A stretch of 18,258 nucleotides of DNA from a virus: UHGV virus genome UHGV-0272440; one strand, given 5' to 3'. The position numbers were made by a program, and so were the translations under genes. Of the stretch, positions 15,589-18,258 are shown one piece after another (position 1 is the stretch's first letter; each line of letters starts with the position of its first letter). The notes beneath the pieces were generated by a model. That model ran no database searches. It worked only from the letters and a program-made list of their open reading frames with translations, and was not told the DNA's origin.

Positions 15589-15861
15589 ATGAACACCTTG
15601 TTTTTACTGATGGCTGAATTCAATACCCCAAACATTGAGCTGTCAGCTGTATGCCAAAAGTATTTCGGTATGAGCCCTAACACAGCAGAAGCGAAAGCAA
15701 ATGCATGCCAGTTGCCGATCCCGACTTATCGTGTTGGTACATCACAGAAAGCAAAGCGCTGCATCAACATTCAGGATCTTGCTGAATATATAGATAAACG
15801 GCGTGAAGAAGGCAGAATTGAATGGGAGAGGGTAAGAACAAATAGGAAAATAAATAACTAA
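15589..15861 (+). CDS. small DNA-binding protein, excisionase-like/PrtN-like
   Basis: 90 aa from the ATG at 15589 (GGAGA Shine-Dalgarno). Last gene of the early-left operon, the usual xis position. Similarity to PrtN-type proteins is from memory. Confidence 0.45.
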   Translation: MNTLFLLMAEFNTPNIELSAVCQKYFGMSPNTAEAKANACQLPIPTYRVGTSQKAKRCINIQDLAEYIDKRREEGRIEWERVRTNRKINN

Positions 15862-15873
15862 TCTCACAAAAAA

Positions 15874-15895
15874 CCCGCTTCGGCGGGTTAGTTTT
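15874..15895. terminator. Bidirectional Rho-independent terminator between convergent genes
   Basis: Stem CCCGC (15874..15878), loop TTCG, stem GCGGG (15883..15887), flanked by an A-run upstream (U-run on the minus strand) and TTAGTTTT downstream. Confidence 0.7.
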
Positions 15896-16322
15896 CATCT
15901 TTATAATTCTGGGCAATTCGCGCCAGATAGCTCATCACATCATGTTTTCTTGCTTTTTCATGTGCATCGGGATACATAATAGCAATGAGTGAATATTTAT
16001 TCTCATAAAGCTCACCTTGGACATACACAAGACAAGCATCATTATCAGGATCACCTTTCTTGCAGACCCTATCCGGTTGTGGAAGTTTCTCGGGAAACTT
16101 GTTTGGCGGTAGACAAAGATGGATATGCATCAACCCAGCCCGAAAAGCACCATAAGGCTGAGTATACGCAACGTCCCTACCGAAATAATGCGGAAGCTCA
16201 CCGGTTGCTTTGTATCTCTTGAAATCATCAATGATAGAAGACTCTAGCTCCGGGAATTTGAGAAAAATTTCATCAAAAAATTCAGCTCTAGTTTCTGGAT
16301 TAATAGAGACTTCTAGATGCAT
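15888..16322 (-). CDS. YafO-family toxin-like protein (ribosome-dependent mRNA interferase family)
   Basis: 144 aa; blocks parallel to E. coli YafO as recalled: 'HYFGRDVAYTQPY' vs 'DIFGRDALYDDSF', 'HIHLC' vs 'HIHLA', 'ACLVYVQG' vs 'AHLVYCQG', 'SLIAIMYPDAHEKAR' vs 'LLIAILKPEPHKLAR'. Lies in AT-rich DNA. Confidence 0.6.
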   Translation of the reverse strand: MHLEVSINPETRAEFFDEIFLKFPELESSIIDDFKRYKATGELPHYFGRDVAYTQPYGAFRAGLMHIHLCLPPNKFPEKLPQPDRVCKKGDPDNDACLVYVQGELYENKYSLIAIMYPDAHEKARKHDVMSYLARIAQNYKDEN

Positions 16323-16338
16323 GGTCGTCCGCTATCGG

Positions 16339-16878
16339 TTAGTGAAATTGCATCGATTTTAGCTTATTTGATGTGTGACTAGCTAGTGCTGCAATTCCAG
16401 CAAGATCCGCGCGCCCGCTAAAAGTAACAGTTTCTTTAAATATGCTCTTTATGTAATTGTTAAGGCGAGTGACAGATGAGCGAGCTTTAGCAATATGACG
16501 CCAGTAAACCTTCAGTTCTGACCTGATAAATTCAGGCAGAGGCGATTCAATTGTACGCTTCACTTCTTCTTCAAAAGCACGCAGGAACATTTCGCATGCC
16601 TCTGTCGTATCTGTCCCGTTTTTGGAAACAAACTCGCGAGCATCTTGGCTATTAAGATCAATCAAACAGATATAGTAGTCATCTGCTGCAATTGTTAACT
16701 TTTGCAAGATCTCCTTACCCTCTTCCATTTTGCGTGAGAATTCCTCAACAGAAGGAGAGTACTCAAAAGGTTTAGCAATCACAGGGGCTGGCTGGATGAT
16801 GAACTCCTGCGCCATAGCAGCAGGACAAGCCAGAGGCCCGCACAATGCAGCAAAAGTAATGGCGTTAAACGGATTCAT
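16339..16878 (-). CDS. hypothetical protein with hydrophobic N-terminus (possible signal peptide), upstream partner of the YafO-like gene
   Basis: 179 aa; ATG with GAGGT Shine-Dalgarno; N-terminus 'MNPFNAITFAALCGPLACPAAMAQE' is hydrophobic with an AxA-like site but no basic n-region. No resemblance to YafN/Phd-type antitoxins. Confidence 0.5.
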   Translation of the reverse strand: MNPFNAITFAALCGPLACPAAMAQEFIIQPAPVIAKPFEYSPSVEEFSRKMEEGKEILQKLTIAADDYYICLIDLNSQDAREFVSKNGTDTTEACEMFLRAFEEEVKRTIESPLPEFIRSELKVYWRHIAKARSSVTRLNNYIKSIFKETVTFSGRADLAGIAALASHTSNKLKSMQFH

Positions 16879-17481
16879 GGCAACCTCAACTGTTTTACTT
16901 ACTAAGCAATAGCCTTAGCTATTTGGAGCAAAGTCTATAACCGCGGTTGTTTTTGGTCAATCAGATAAGGTAGCAAATGGTGCTTTATGAATAGATATGA
17001 ATAGAAAGAGCAAAACTTCAGGTTCCCAATAGGCTCCCACAAAGTGTATAACTAGTTGTTTTTCAAAAACGGTACATCCTATCGAGCATTGGTGCAACGC
17101 TAAACCAACCACTCCAGTGAACGTCAGTTTTTTCAGGCATTGCGCTGGTTTGGTTGATTTTTTGCATTTCAGAATTACCGTGCATTTTCAAATGTAGAGA
17201 TTATTTTATCGATATATCATGGAGTTATGTTATTCAGCATCACTGTTCAGGAGGCTCAATAACGGGGTACTATACCATAACAACAGGAAGCGCCTGTCTC
17301 ATTGCAAAAGAAAAATGAGATCCTCTCAAGGCATGAAGCTCTCACGAAGTGAAGATCTAATCTTATTAGATGTTAGCGTTGTGAAAAGCAATGATAAACA
17401 ATACAGATTCGACGATAAATAAAAATCACACATTAAACTCCGGTGATATCTCTCCCTGCTAATAGCACTGATAGAGAAAAA

Positions 17482-17509
17482 AGAACCCAATAAGCATTGG
17501 GTTCTTTTA
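17482..17509 (-). terminator. Rho-independent terminator downstream of the IS1-disrupted gene
   Basis: 10-bp stem AGAACCCAAT (17482..17491) / ATTGGGTTCT (17496..17505) with loop AAGC, followed on the minus strand by a U-run (complement of the A-run at 17476..17481). Confidence 0.6.
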
Positions 17510-17545
17510 TGTAATACCTTTCATACCATCGAAGAACTTCACATA

Positions 17546-18120
17546 TTATTTCTCCGATTTAACCCCGAATAAATCATAAATTAATTTAGAAGTACCTGTA
17601 TATATTTTAATCTTTTCCTTTGAGTTTGGGTCAAACGACTTAGCAAAGTCAATTAATTTCGGTGCAGCATCTCGCATTTTGCTTAAAATATCAGGGGCGA
17701 GCGTTCCTTCATTCACCAGATGTGACATCTTATCCAGATAGCCATCAAAATTCATTTCTCCCCCATCTGCCAGACGCTTCATTTCTCCCAGGTACTTCTT
17801 CATATCACGTTGAGATAACTCTTCAAACTGAGCTGTCAGATAGTTCCCATTATGATCATTAATATTCACTTTTTCTGCTCCTGCTAAATCTGTGTAGGCA
17901 CTAGAGTATGAAAGTGAAATCAACAGCGAAGCGAATAATTTTAAGCTGTTGTCATCATATTTCTGACATGCATTAACAAACGTTAAAAAACCAGAACCTA
18001 TTGCTTGCAAATGTATATTCGCTAAAGGTTCATTATCTTTAGATTCCTCATAAAATAGCTGAACCGTGGAGGGAAGGCCATTCTTGGTTTCTACATCAAA
18101 AGTATATCGTTCTATGGGCG
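17546..18120 (-). pseudogene. 3' fragment of an unknown-function gene truncated at its 5' end by IS1
   Basis: The minus-strand reading frame stays open from 18010 up to the IS1 boundary at 18120/18121 and into IS1; it contains no ATG before the boundary, only a TTG at 18010. AT-rich, no recognisable domain. Confidence 0.5.
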
Positions 18121-18258
18121 GGTGATGCTGCCAACTTACTGATTTAGTGTATGATGGTGTTTTTGAGGTGCTCCAGTGGCTTCTGTTTCTATCAGCTGTC
18201 CCTCCTGTTCAGCTACTGACGGGGTGGTGCGTAACGGCAAAAGCACCGCCGGACATCA
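18121..18258 (+). mobile_element. IS1 insertion sequence, left end (continues beyond the window)
   Basis: 18121 onward matches the IS1 left terminus as I recall it: inverted repeat GGTGATGCTGCCAACTTACTGAT followed by the insA leader and coding start. Confidence 0.93.
18176..18258 (+). CDS. insA: IS1 InsA (5' partial)
   Basis: From the GTG at 18176 the translation reads (M)[26 protein letters not shown], the known InsA N-terminus; cut by the window end. Confidence 0.9.
   Translation, partial: MASVSISCPSCSATDGVVRNGKSTAGH

Noticed and set aside
16804-16878. Confident Sec signal peptide or lipoprotein call for the 179-aa protein
   Set aside because: The N-terminus is hydrophobic with an AxA-like site, but it has no basic n-region and no canonical lipobox before either Cys, so export is only a possibility.
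17219-17422. 67-aa plus-strand ORF in the AT-rich spacer
   Set aside because: No Shine-Dalgarno; highly basic low-complexity translation; a chance ORF is expected in AT-rich DNA of this length.
1-18258. CRISPR arrays or other long tandem repeat arrays
   Set aside because: No regularly spaced direct repeats with unique spacers were seen; the only repeat array is the iteron cluster at 6795..6945, which has origin-like rather than CRISPR-like architecture.

Overview
This window reads as most of the regulatory core of a lambdoid enterobacterial prophage, followed by an AT-rich accessory segment and the left end of an IS1 element. On the minus strand (high to low coordinates): cro-like gene, CII/YdaT-like gene, a 383-aa protein with a C-terminal Rha domain, a replication initiator containing ori iterons, a small regulator, a phage Dam-type methyltransferase, a LexA-DNA-binding-domain-only protein, RusA, a KilA-N protein, a DUF968/HNH-like protein, antiterminator Q, a pR'/tR'-like late promoter-terminator unit, a small ORF, a second (DPPY-type) DNA methyltransferase and a phage-borne tRNA with anticodon CAU. 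On the plus strand: a CI-type S24 autocleavable repressor, its terminator, a roughly 660-bp ORF-free structured leader containing a DicF-like sRNA, then an early-left operon (including a DUF2303-like protein, an HD-domain phosphohydrolase, a zinc-ribbon protein, a coiled-coil protein, a DEDDh exonuclease and an excisionase-like protein). From memory the early-left and replication modules resemble the cryptic E. coli prophage CPS-53/KplE1 (yfdN to yfdT), but this copy looks intact. Beyond a bidirectional terminator at about 15,880 the sequence becomes visibly AT-rich and carries a YafO-family toxin-like gene with a non-canonical upstream partner, an ORF-free spacer, and a gene of unknown function cut at its 5' end by IS1. 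That AT-rich module is the best candidate for an undescribed system; the DicF-like leader and the LexA-domain-only protein are the next most interesting. All calls rest on reading the sequence and recalled family motifs; no database search was run.
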